A stretch of 64,000 nucleotides of DNA from Pelomyxa schiedti (lineage: Eukaryota > Protista > Evosea), in NCBI GenBank assembly GCA_020536535.1, contig JAHLWZ010000682.1, forward strand, positions 36,899 to 100,898, read 5' to 3'. The position numbers were made by a program, and so were the translations under genes. Numbering within the stretch: position 1 is the first letter of the stretch; every line of letters begins with the position of its first letter. The notes under the pieces were generated by a model. That model saw only the letters and a list, made by a program, of their open reading frames with translations. It did not search any database and was not told the origin of the DNA. Positions 1 through 11,880 of this stretch are shown piece by piece.

Positions 1-3000
1 CACGGTTTTTGAGTCTATTGAGGAAAGCTTGGTTAGATTGCACCCCAAGTGATTTGAAAGTCCTAACGTGAAATCAGGAAGAATTCGAGCTAGTCTTTTG
101 GACCAGTGGAAAACCTATGCGGGTTGGAGTCAAAACGCAAGAGAAGGGAATGATACTTTGCAGTCTCCTACAGAAACTAGCATGCACATCCATTTAAAGG
201 GTATCTTTTCCGACTTTTTCTTCACAATAACCTTTGCAGGAGAGGATATTACTCCAGATGCTCTAAGGCTCCCGAGTCTTGGAGCACTCCTGTTGGGATT
301 TTCGTTATGGGAGGGTTTTAGGAGCAAGGGGAACATACGTGTGAAGTACTTTTGGGGAAGGCAGAAAAGTGTTTGACAAGGCATGCCCAAGGTTTACTGT
401 ACAGGAACTGGCAACCTGAGAAACCTCATCAAGACATACTACGGGGGCTGATATTTCTTCCGCTCTAAATACAATCCCAGCAAGGATAGTGGTTGACCCA
501 ATGGCTTCAGTTCTAGGGATTGTAAAAAATTTGGGGAAAATGTATACATCATCCTACGTATTATCTTGGAAGTGAGAACCAAAAATAGATCGATTCGCAT
601 GCGCCAGGGCCCTGAGTAACATCTTGCCAAGTTCTTTTACAGTTTTTACATTTCTAGGATGGGAGGATATTAAGTAGCTGTAGTGCCTACAGAATCTACC
701 TGCAGTATGTTTTGGAAAATTCTACAAAATTGTTGACAGCATTAGAAGCTGCGTTCTTAGGTTTATCGCCCCAATTGCCTTTAAAAAGTTTCAAGGCTAG
801 TTTGAGTTACAAGACTTACATCCATCTGCTAATGCAAAAATAATTTTATCTGTTGCCAGGGATACAGAGTATTGATCACAAATGGGGTCTCCCACCTTGG
901 GAAAACCAAAATTATGGGGAAAAAGCCGTGAATAGAATGGACTACCTGCTTTCCAGGTGTTGTGCTTGGTGGGTATGTTGAGATGACATTTGCACAAAAC
1001 GAGGGCAGTAGACATTGCAAACCAGAAATCGAGCTATCAAAATTCCCAATAATTGCGGATTTGGGTGCATGGGCTATTGGTATCTATGGCTCCGTGAGTG
1101 CAATAAAAAGAGCCATCGAGTTACTTCAGGGAGGCTGGATATATGCTGGTACAATGGAAAAATAATATCCGTTTTTGAAGTCAACTCGACCCTTGAGGTT
1201 TGGTGTTATGTTGTGTGTATGTAGTTTTCTGGCATACCAGACAAAAAGGGTAGACATAGTTGGTTGGTCATCATCATGACCAACCATTTGTATTACACGA
1301 TAGCCAGTTTGCATACAATTGACGGGAAGAGCATAATGTGCTATCTGAGCAATACTTCCTGTGATATTTCTTACGCCAAGGCTTATGTATCGTTAAGAGG
1401 AACAATAGCTTCTCCTTATTGTTAAGAGAAAAACCTAAAAACGAGTACGTCAAGAGAGCTATTTTCAAGAGGAGCTTCAAACACTTGATCCCACTGGGGG
1501 TTGAATGTGCCCCCCTCTGCTCATAAGGTTGGAAAACTCAACAAACAGGAGACTACTTTGTGGTTTAAATCGCTGGGATCTTGTGGCATCAGGCCCCAGG
1601 ATTTTGACTTCCAGTGTGATTTCCAGTGGCTCAGAAATTTTTGATAACCCCCTGGCACTAGAAATCTAGAATACACTAAACAAATAAAGAGCAGTAAATA
1701 GCTAGGTTACCTTAATATGCACATAGGTGTAAACATTGGAATTTGCTGTACTAGGAATAGTATTCTCGAAAACACAGGGATCCTTTGTCATAAACCAAGG
1801 TTTACGAACATAACCAGATGACCCATTCTGTGTGAAAAATCCTAGTGGGAATAAGTTGGGATACCTTAAATCAAAGAATAACCATCATTTGCCCAGTGTT
1901 CGGGAGTGTTCTTATTGGGGAAGAAAGGCACGATTTGTGTGCCATGTGACCACCAGGATATGCTGCGAGGGAAATCAATATATTGAAGAACTGGAGGAGG
2001 TTGCAAACGGGTCACTGTCCGTTATAGACTTCGATGGCAGAATTGCTGTTAGGCCTGTAAAGTTGCGACTTGGAGAGGTGAGGAAAGCATAAGCAGCTTT
2101 TCTTTTGATAAAGGAGAATTACTGTGCAAGTCCAGCCCATTCAATCCGCCCAAGTTGTTTTTCTTTGAGAACAAGAACATCCCAAGCTTTCACTGTTTTC
2201 CAACATCAAACTGTGTAAATAGAAAAATAATGATACTGTTCTCTGGCATATTAGGCAGATAGTGCCCATGGAGATAGAATAAATTTTGAAGGTCTGGGTG
2301 GGTATCTTGTGGGTGCCCCTAGCTGTTTTGTAAGAAGTAGAAGAAACAAAGAGAAGAAGAACCAGGAGAATAATTTTTCTTTGCAAAGACATAGGAGAAG
2401 GAAGAACAAGAAGTTTGGTTGGTCGTTTGGCTAAAAGATGGCCAAGTTTTTCTTGAAGTATAGTGGCCGCACCTGCCTTGTTTGACTCAACAAAGATATA
2501 ATGTGGCCAAATTAAGCCTACCTGTTGCTCCTCTGTAGCACCTCTCAAACAAATGTAGATGATAACAGGCCATCTGATGTGAAAACGCACAATAAATGAC
2601 AAAAGGAAATAAATCCAATAGGAAAAGTGTACTGTGTGGTTTTGAAGGCATGGTCTTGGAGAAGTGTGACAAAGTGTTCAAACAAACAACACTGGGTCAT
2701 AGGTTGCTTGTCTTTGCCTTCCACAAGACAAACTGAAATAAGTAAGAGTAGCAGCAAGCGAAAAACATGAAATCATAACCTTGGAAGAACTTGACACATC
2801 CTTTGGACAAGGCAGAAGAATACGATTCCAAGGAGCTGTGCCTTGCACTAGAATTGATAAAGTACTGGGAAAGAGGTGCACTCATATCCTAGAGTTTTCT
2901 TATTTTCCACAAGTGGTTATTTGTATTTTTGAGAATTGTGATGGCAATTTTACTTGGTTAAGCTTATGCTGAAGTGGAGCAAAAATTGAGTTTTCTGAAG

Positions 3001-4799
3001 AAATGAGATATTGTTCAAATCCATCCAATTGAAGGGATCCTTCATCCCCATAGGCACCAATGATCTCTCGAGCATCACTAATAGATGATCCCTTTTCCTG
3101 AAGAACCAGTGAAAGTGAGAAACTGATACACATGGTTTACATTTTGGTGGTCCCGCAAGAAAGATACAAGGGAAATTTCGGACAGACTTTCACCTGGGCA
3201 AATTTGCTCAAATAAATTCACGATCTCATCTCTTCTTAAAAGCTCATAAAGTAAAATATTGAACTTTGTGAAATCAAGCCCTGGCTTATTTGCTGCCATA
3301 TCCTATAAAGGACATCACAACCCATAACAAATGAAAAGAAGAGAGTAATAACATCATATAATGTCTTCAGAAGAGCCTTTGTCACTTTGACATCCCTTCA
3401 GGAAATAAATTCAAAGAAGTTAGGGAGTGTATTAGCACATACAGTGTTTTTAAAAGCTCCTTAACTTGCTGTCTGGTCACTAGGGCATCGTCTTGATTAG
3501 ACGTAAGTGAGCACCAGGCAGTTTGAAGTAGCCTAAGTAATGTTGTGGGAAGGGGAAATAGGGTAGTTTATCCCCCCAAACCTACTCTTTGTAAAAATTA
3601 TCAACTTGGAATGTATTTACTCTGATATATTCAAAAGCTTCCACCCATTTGTCCCTCAATTCGGAACTAGAGGCAATAAAATCATGTATGGCCCTGAAGG
3701 TGGGATAAGAACATTGTGCAGGTTAGGCAAAGAACCCTTCACGTGTAACGATGCTGAAGGATTTTGCAATAGAAGCTTCTGCTGCCATTTTGCATCTCAT
3801 GAATGTGTGAGTGACTTGACCTTTATGGCATTCGGAAATCATTGTACCATAAAATGTTACACTTCCTAAACACTTGCAGTCAGCAGGAGTGGTGTGACGA
3901 AACTTCATTACATGAAAGAGTAGTGAAAAACTGTCATATGGGACTTCACATACCCCATAGATGAACTCCGCTGTTTGACCCTGGGAAGCGGAAGAATCTG
4001 TGTTTTTGGTCTGACTCTGGCGTCGTTGGTGGTGTGATTATAATGCACCGCCTGTTGTTACTGTCCACTTTCACTTCGCCCATAACAGGCACCATCTTGC
4101 GACGCCACCGCATTTGAAGGGTCATATCTGTCATCTACATATTGTTAGCCATTCCAGGCCAAAAAATACAAATTACATTACCAATGAAGGTGCACTAAGT
4201 GAAGAAGGTTTTGAATTTGATCTCCTCAGTAAGGCAGCAACCGAACCCTTTCTTCCCTATGTTGTTTTTTTTTTCCCCTGTAAAAAAGAAGAAGAAGAAG
4301 AAGAAAGAGAATGACAAGGGCATTGCAGGCAAATTTATACCCGCGTAATGATGTCATCACCAGAGGTGGTCAACACAGCTGTGGCAGTAGCCAGACCCGA
4401 CGATGCCTTGGCCCCACTGCCGCCCTCGACTACACCCACGTTTGTAGTTCCACTATTGCTGCTGCTGCTGCTACTACTACTACTACTACTAGTACACGAT
4501 GACGACGACGCTGTTGTGCTTGCTGTGCTTGTTGTGGCCGAGGATGATGATGATGAGGTGGTGGTGAAGGACGAGGACGGCAGAGACGACATGACGGCTC
4601 GTGGCGGGGGCGAGGTGCCTGTCCTGGTGCCCTTGCTGCTGCCTGACGAGCCAAACGAGGAGGTGGTGGAGGAGGATGAGGAGGAGGAAGGAGGGGGGGA
4701 AGGGGGGCTGTGGGAGGAGGAGGAGGTTGTGGTGGGTGTGGTGGCTGGGGATGACACTGGGCCCGAGCTGCACAGCCGTGAGGTTCGGCGGGTAGACAT
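1..4799 (-). CDS. Multi-exon fusion: S/T-rich N-terminus, PH, EF-hand region, degenerate PI-PLC X and Y boxes, C2, and TipA/CG9801-type PP2C-like domain; 3' end runs off the window
   Basis: Spliced translation gives PH end (HDFIASSSELRDKWVEAF), X box (QDMSAPLSQYFINSS), Y box (WWSHGTQIV...FFTQNGSSGYVRKP), C2 (GTFNPQWDQVFE; YALPVNCMQTGYRVI), then ISTYP...GDPICDQY...FALADGCNWG...VSVGDCK. ATG at 4799. Confidence 0.85.
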
Positions 4800-4986
4800 G
4801 GGGTTTTTTCCTTTCTTCTTCTTTTGGTTTTTTCTGATTTTTTTTGTTGGTTTTAAAGGTCTTTTTGTTTGGTGGAGGTTGTGATGTTTCTCCCCCCTCT
4901 CGGTTTTTTTCGAGCACAGCAACGCAGACGAAAAGAAATCTTTTCGTCAAACCCTCAAAGCCTATGATTACAACCAGGACCGAGCA

Positions 4987-6889
4987 TTAGGTTACGTCGT
5001 GGGGCTCAGTTGTTTCCAGTGCCGTGCGCTTCTTCTTGGAACAGATTCCAAAGATCCCATAAGCCACATCCACGATAACCACCACAGCATATATTACTCC
5101 ACCAGTGAGGTAGGCAACAAATAATCCACAGCACGACCAACCTGGAACCATCAAAAAACTCATGGAAAACCCTGTGAAAGTTGTGGTTGGTATGAAGATA
5201 GAGGATTAAAAAAAAAATTACCAAGAAAAAGTGAAGTGCAATGTAGGCCAAAGACATTCTCAGAGTCTTGAAAACTCCTGACACCTTTCTTTTTTTGTAT
5301 GTCCACAATAGTATTAAAATACCTGGTTCAAAAGGTCAACTATATCCGCGCTAAGAGGTGGTACTCATACATGACAAAAGGTGGCAGGAACCCCATTTGC
5401 AAAATTGTAGCGTAAACTGCATAGCAGAATGCAAATCCTATCGGATCCGTGATGTTGACAAGTACCAGAGATAGTAGGATAGTGCCAAACCCAAGTATGA
5501 CCATAGAGGGAATAACAAACCAGTGCCACTTGTCAAGAAGTTTTCCTAGGCATAACGTCCCGGCAATATTGAGAAGAAAACCGGCTGAAAAGACTGTACC
5601 AATAGCACCAGAACTGGTTTTTGTTGTTAGGAAGATAGTTCCGCAAAGAAAAGTGTGGTAATGCTCACTTGTATCCTAGCTCGTCTGTCATATAGAGGGG
5701 AATAGCTTCATACGTGAACCCAAAAAACATAAACGCTGCAGCAAGGTCAGCAAATGCACACCATGTTCCCGGATGTTTGGCCATGTCGAATAGTGTCACA
5801 CGGTCATGACCGATAAGCTTTCTTTCCTCATCTGGGGCACTGTTCTTGACTTCGTCAACTTGTTCCTTTTGTGGGATTTGAGCCACAGGATCCGTTCCTT
5901 CTACAGGGGGCTCACTGATAACGTCCTCTGTGAACACTTCAATTTCTTTCTTGAATGATGGTAGTGCAAGGTTCAGCAAAGTAACGAAGAAACTGATTAT
6001 TGCAGCTACAATGCAAGGCAGAAAGACATCATCATTAACTTCATACAACCAACCCGAGAGAACAGGAGCAATGAGGGGGCCAAAGAAAGCCATGCTCTAC
6101 ATGAAATCCGTAAGTATACAGTAAATTCAAGTGGCTCATACCTGAGATATTCCAAGTGCCCAAGGAAAGTTGTTAGAGTAAGGGTACACCAAGTAAGCTG
6201 TGCACACAGTCCAGGAAATACCAGAACCAATTCTACAGGATATTAAGGATGGAAAGAGAAATGACAAACGCACCCTTGAAATACTCTGGAAACCATAAGT
6301 CCTGTATAAGTTGTAGCAAATGAAAATCCAAGCAAAGATACAGATAGCACAGCAGCAGAACCAGCCATCCATCTTTCAAGAAGGTCAAATTTACACAACG
6401 CAAGAATCAAACCCACATGTTATAGTGCTGAGTGAGACTTGCAAAGTATCCAGTCGGGATCGCAGTGACCAATCCTGCAACCGCCCATATTGCCATAAAT
6501 CCCCCCACTTGTGTTGTGCTCAGACTAAGTAAACAATTTCAATCGACAATCACATATATATTATTAACTATTAAATAGTCCTACCCCAAGTCAGTCTGAT
6601 ACGCCGGCAACAGTGGTGTTATCAGGTCGAACACACCAAAGTCCAGGATTAGTTGCACACACGTGATCCACAGGGCCCTCTCCTTCTTCCCAGCGACCAG
6701 CCTGGCGCCCCTTCGCGCCCCCCTGCACACACACTCCCACGGAGACGCCCTGGCCTCCTGCGAGTGTGTCACTGTGTTGTCACCGTCTCCCTCGGCCTGC
6801 TGTTGTGAGGATATTGAGGTGGTAGGCGTAGGCGCAGGCGCAGACGCCGACGTGGGTGGTGGGGGTGACAAAGGTGATGTATCTCGCAT
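4987..6889 (-). CDS. Major facilitator superfamily transporter (DHA1/SLC18-like), multi-exon
   Basis: LWITCVQLILDFGVFDLITPLLPAY; GPLIAPVLSGWLYE; many hydrophobic helices around a central acidic loop; stop TAA at 4987-4989. Confidence 0.85.
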
Positions 6890-7157
6890 TGTTGGCTAAC
6901 CCTCCTGAGGATCAGTGGGGCAACGTGCCGTCGGAGTAAACGCACAAAAAAACAAAAAAAACGGATTGGGTCAATGAATGCCCTGAAGGAGAACACATTT
7001 TTTCGTGCAGTGGAAGTATTGCTGGAAGCGGCGAAAAGGATCCAAACAACCGGGCGAACGAACAACTTGGGGGGACGGAAGAGAAAAACTGCAGGGCTGA
7101 TTTATTGTAATTTATTTCGGCCACTTTTCGTTGATGAATTGCATGGAGGCTGCGACC

Positions 7158-9028
7158 CTAGAGTTTTTGCTTAGTAAGAACGTAGACTGATGTGGATATG
7201 CCGGAGTTGTCAACCTTCAGGGTTGCGTTGTAAGTGCTGTTTGTTGCTTAAAGGAAAGTGAGATGGATACCTTGAATTCTGATACAAGCCGCACAATGGG
7301 CCCAAGAGAGTCCAGAACGGACTTGACAAGGGCTCTTTCTGAGGTCAAAAAAATAACTCTTCCTTCTGGTCTTACAACCCGGATAAATTCCCGAATGACA
7401 GCAGGATATAGCTTTCTGTTGATCCGGTTGTTCCCTTATGCATTTTAGGATTTTGGTTGGATTTTACTTTTTCGCGTACCACATCTCACTCCATATGGCA
7501 TGTCAGATAAAACAATGTCAAGTGAGCCTGTTCGAAGGGGTATTCTTGTTGCATCCCTGGGCCGTTTTGAGTGGTTTTCAATTAGCAGCTTGCATATACC
7601 ATCGTGCAATCTCCAGGTTATGTGAGGTGATAGCTCTCAAATTGGCTTGATTTTCGGCTGCTTTTTCCACAGATAGCCCTTCTATATCTGCCCCAAGGAA
7701 AACAGTGCGTGGCCATTGAATTGCTCCCTCTGTTGTCAATTGTAAAGGCTCAAATATTTGTTTCATTTCTCATACCAATGGGTATAGTACCACACCCACA
7801 CATGGGGTCACACACAAAGTCTCCATCAGTAATACTTGCAGCTCTTAACATACCATAGGCAATGCTGGGCTTGAGAGATGTTCGCCCTAAAGCCACTCTG
7901 TTTCTTTTGAATAGGGCTTTTCTTCCTCGGTGTGTTAATGAAAGGCCAATCCATGCATATGCTTGAATCACATGAGTGTATACTGTTTTTTGGGGTATGG
8001 GCTTAAGATGTGGCTTCCATTGAGTTTATAAACCTTCCACATCAAAAAATTTCAAGTTGACCTTGAAATTTGTTCATTAAAAAGTCGATAGTAAAGGTGG
8101 AAACATACTTTCCACTTAACAGAAGCTATAACACCAGCCCCAACGTTTGCTGCAATCTGTTTAGTTAGATGCATTCTACAACAAGTCTTGGGTGGCTCCT
8201 ACTTGGGTGGATGTATAATTGTGGGTGCCCTCTCTGACACAAGTCCCACGAAATGAAAGTGAAGTTGGATTGTGAAGCACTTGGGGTGGACTAAGGTGTT
8301 CAAGTGAGCTTGCTGTGACGTTGGAGTCGGCTACTATTGCTCCACTGTTATCTTGTGATGGTGGGGAAGTAGAAAGGCTCAAAGGAATTGTTTGCTTGGT
8401 AGGTGTTGATGAATCAGCCTGTGGCTTGGGTGGAACCAGAGCCTCCGCTTTCTTTGGCAAGTTACATTTTAGAGTAATTATAGAGACACACCTTCCACAA
8501 TTCAACTGCGAATTCCCATGCTCTCACAGGGAATGCCCCAACAACATTTTCGAAGTATGGCAAACCCTCATCTACTTTCTCAGGTACATCTTAAAAAGCA
8601 AGCAAATAAGCTCCCAAAATGAGGAGAAAAGGAAAATGAACCAGATAATAAAGCTACAAATGCAAACACGTTATCTGCACACCTAGTTTGTGGGATTTAG
8701 AGAGTAAGAAAGTGACATAAATAAAAAAAAAAAAAAAAAAGCCAACCTGAGCTTGTAGACGAGCTCTATCGGCGAATCAGAAGGAACGTGGAAAATAACC
8801 GCCCCTGGTGTCTCTTCAACCGTCGCGCTGGTCGAAACAGCACGAAATACTACGGCTGAGGGGATAATCTCACTCAATTCGCGCTCCGCTATAAACTCGA
8901 GGCCTGTGGGTGCACCAAAGTGAATTGGGGGACAGGTCAACCAACACAACGAAAGTGGGCACACCAGCAGGGCACGTCAAAAAGAACCAGTCACGTGCTG
9001 CCTGGTTCGTTCCAAATGTCACGGACAT
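7158..9028 (-). CDS. THUMP-domain SAM-dependent RNA (m2G) methyltransferase, THUMPD2/THUMPD3/Trm14 family
   Basis: FFLTCPAGLEFIAEREL; THUMP SFRGTCVREG; SLKPSIAYGML; motif I DPMCGCGTIPIE; motif IV SDMPYG. Confidence 0.9.
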
Positions 9029-10300
9029 TCGATGAGAATGATGAAAGTGTGTTTCTGAGAAGGGAGTGGATGATGGTGGTATGTACAACATCGTCCTCGA
9101 AGCTCCTTGATTCCCTCCACCCACTCCCTTCCTAGGTACCCTGCACCCCAATCTCCGCCGCTACACTGGAGTTTGGTACCCCTGCACATATCATTTCCGT
9201 AGTTGGACAAATTCATCATCCATCAAGGGCCAGTAACTGACCCGGTACTCTAATATAGCAATCAAACTTGCCCGAGGAAGGAAGGGACGGATTACTCTAA
9301 GGTGTATTTTGTGCCCAAGGCAACAAAAATAATCAAACCACCAATAGCAGGGAAGTGTCGTTCAGGAAAAAAAAGACGACAACAACCCACCCATACAGTG
9401 AGTTGTTTGTTTGTTTTCTTCTTCATTTTTTTAAATGTCTGTGGTGGTGCACACACTTCGAAAAAATGCTTTTTATTTTTTTTTTGTTTTACACTGACAT
9501 TTTTTCCCACACAAGTAACGTGATGAGGCCAAATACTGGTACAAGTAGGCAGTCAAGCTTTATAGTAAAAAGAACTCAATTCAACGAAACAAACGAGTTT
9601 GAAAGAAGGGAGAACTGGCGTAAGGTAGCTCTCTATCGATTGTATTTGTTTGAATCGGCGCCGATGTGTTAGTGCTATCCTCTATGATGTTTAGTCGGGA
9701 TACAGATTGAAGTGCGGAGTCAGGAAATCATTACTATCTGTGATGGCGCTGTGGACAATCCATCCGGAACAGTAGACTCTGTCAGTAAAATAAAAACGGC
9801 AGCAAACACAATACAGGTTCTGGCCGACAACATCGCTGTAAACGAGGGTGGCTCTACGGTAACTGCATAATTCCTCACTCCATAGCGGCATTCTAATTCC
9901 CGCTTGACAGAAACGGCGCAGGAAGTCCATGCCTCAACCTCTTACAGAAGACCCCCCACAGATTGTGCCACACCCTCCAGGGGACCCTCCACCTGCTGTG
10001 TCTACTGTCACCGTCACCCTCACCCCCACCCCCACTACCACTGCTACTACTACTACATCTGCTACCTCCAATTTCAACTATTCCAACATAGCCACCACAA
10101 CTTTAACTGAATCACAGCGCAATAGACATCATCACCAACACTCCACTTCACTTCCTCCACAATCTGCCATTGATGCCGTAGTACGAGGAGGGAATCAAGC
10201 TGATCAAAGAACCGCCGATTCCCCCGGTACCGTTCCTGTTGATGTGCCTGTAATAGGTTCTCCCAATCAAACAAAATCCAATCAGCCTCAACAGTCGTGA
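9016..10300 (+). CDS. Hypothetical multi-exon protein with T/P/Q-rich C-terminus; 5' exons uncertain
   Basis: A GT-AG spliced path links IQIEVRSQEIITICDG, VLADNIAVNEGGST and KRRRKSMPQPLTED... to the stop at 10300; no recognisable domain. Confidence 0.35.
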
Positions 10301-10540
10301 CCTTTTCGAGTGTGGTTTGTAAGGAACCTTCTTTCAACGTTGCCTTCGCAACGAAATTAAAAAAAAAAAAATAAAAAAAAAAAAAATAACAATAAAAGAA
10401 GTTGCCTTCAGAGTTGTTATGGTTATTCTTATTCCATCACCACCCCAAATCCCCTATCAAAAGGAGAAGAGAAGAAAGAAAGAAAAAAAAGCCACACATT
10501 CCCAGAGAAGGGACAGACATTGAAGCACCCATAACTTGGT

Positions 10541-10771
10541 CAGGCCCTACTGCCCGGTCCAGATGGCCGTTGGCAATTTTCTATCAAGGCTATCCGGCAC
10601 CGACATAAACAGGGTGACGCCACTGCCCTTTGCTCCTTCGTAGTCCCCGGATCTCGGAGCGGGATGTGCGTCACTACCGTCAATGGTGACACGCCCTGCT
10701 TTTTTTGTGCTGGGGTTGATCACGCAACAGACGTGGTAAACATCAACGGCTAAAATGGAAGGCAGGGCCTG
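10541..10771. ncRNA. Candidate structured RNA or imperfect fold-back element (rod-like, about 230 nt), family unidentified
   Basis: Collinear nested complementary segments: 10541-48/10764-71, 10564-73/10743-52, 10583-87/10716-20, 10593-600/10707-14, 10610-16/10692-98, 10632-36/10656-60. Lies between identified genes. Confidence 0.4.
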
Positions 10772-11014
10772 GGACATGCAAGAAACGGAAAACAATGTAC
10801 ACCGAGAAATTATCCACTAATCAACCGGAGCGAACCACCAACTTCCAGGTTTGTGCCCCGGATGTCCATCTCAGCCCATCACGACTCGAAAAAGAGCACA
10901 AGAGCCAACCCGTTTAAAGGCCACCACTAGTGATGTGTTGATTTGCAAAACATTGTTGTTCTTTTTCTTTTCCCAAACGAAATACAGTGTATGCTGTTGT
11001 TATTTATGGGTGGT

Positions 11015-11659
11015 TTATAGTGTTGATGAGGTTTGGTAACCCTGGTAGGTAGTGGTTGTTGTGCTTGTATTCTGTGGAATTGTCTCGCCAATAATAATTG
11101 GCGCCTCGGCAACTACGAAACAAAAGTCAACAAGAGTCACAAAATGGGGGAATATGGCAAGTGGGAGTAGAGCGGGGAACAACCTGTCACTGCAGGAACA
11201 ACCGTTGGAACAGGCGCGGGGGCATGCTGGACCTCATTGCGTGTTAAGATAGTGTCACGAAGCTCAAACAATGACATGCAGACTTCAAGCACCAGCCTCA
11301 TCATCAAGATAAAGGCGATGCCGTAGACGAGGCCAGACACGGTTCCGAGGATGGCACCACCCGCCCCGTTTGTGAGGGAACCCCTGTAGATTCTGTTCAC
11401 AAGGAACATGATGCTAACAAGGAATGAGCAGTAGTACATCCATTGTGCCAAAGCTGTGCCCTAGTATATCATGTAATGTATAGTGATTTAGGGGAGGGGT
11501 TCATAAAGTTATGTGCGAGTACAACAAGAGAGAATGCAGAAAAGAGGGTGTTACGATGCGCACCTGGTAAATGCGGAAAAAAACAAGCTCAGCAGGTGCC
11601 AAGTGCCCGTTGGGTATTATAGAGAACCGGTCGCCGCCCATTGGTGCATAAGACGTCAT
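11015..11659 (-). CDS. Small membrane protein, DUF4282-like, 3 exons
   Basis: AQWMYYCSFLVSIMFLV...GIAFILMMRLVLEVCMSLFELRDTI fits the recalled DUF4282 pattern (Y...TM...R-x3-E-x4-F-x-I); two GT-AG introns. Confidence 0.6.
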
Positions 11660-11880
11660 GATCTCCGCTCCGTCCTTTGTCGTATTTTCTTTACAGTTTT
11701 CTTGAGATCTTGAGATCTTCACCTACCGTTCCTCTGGACCCAGAGAGCCATACTTGAAGGATTAAATACCCACAGTGTACGTGGCAGATTGTTTTTTTTC
11801 TCTCCGCAGGTAACTTATGCCAAGAGCCCAACCTTCGAGCAAATCTCGAAACAACATTTCGTACGTGGCCTTTCAAGGCG

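Noticed and set aside
10640-10660. AGTCCCCGGATCTCGG resembling RNase MRP CR-I, and GGAAGGTCCCC near 49137
   Set aside because: No matching CR-IV/CR-V or properly placed P4 partner could be found.
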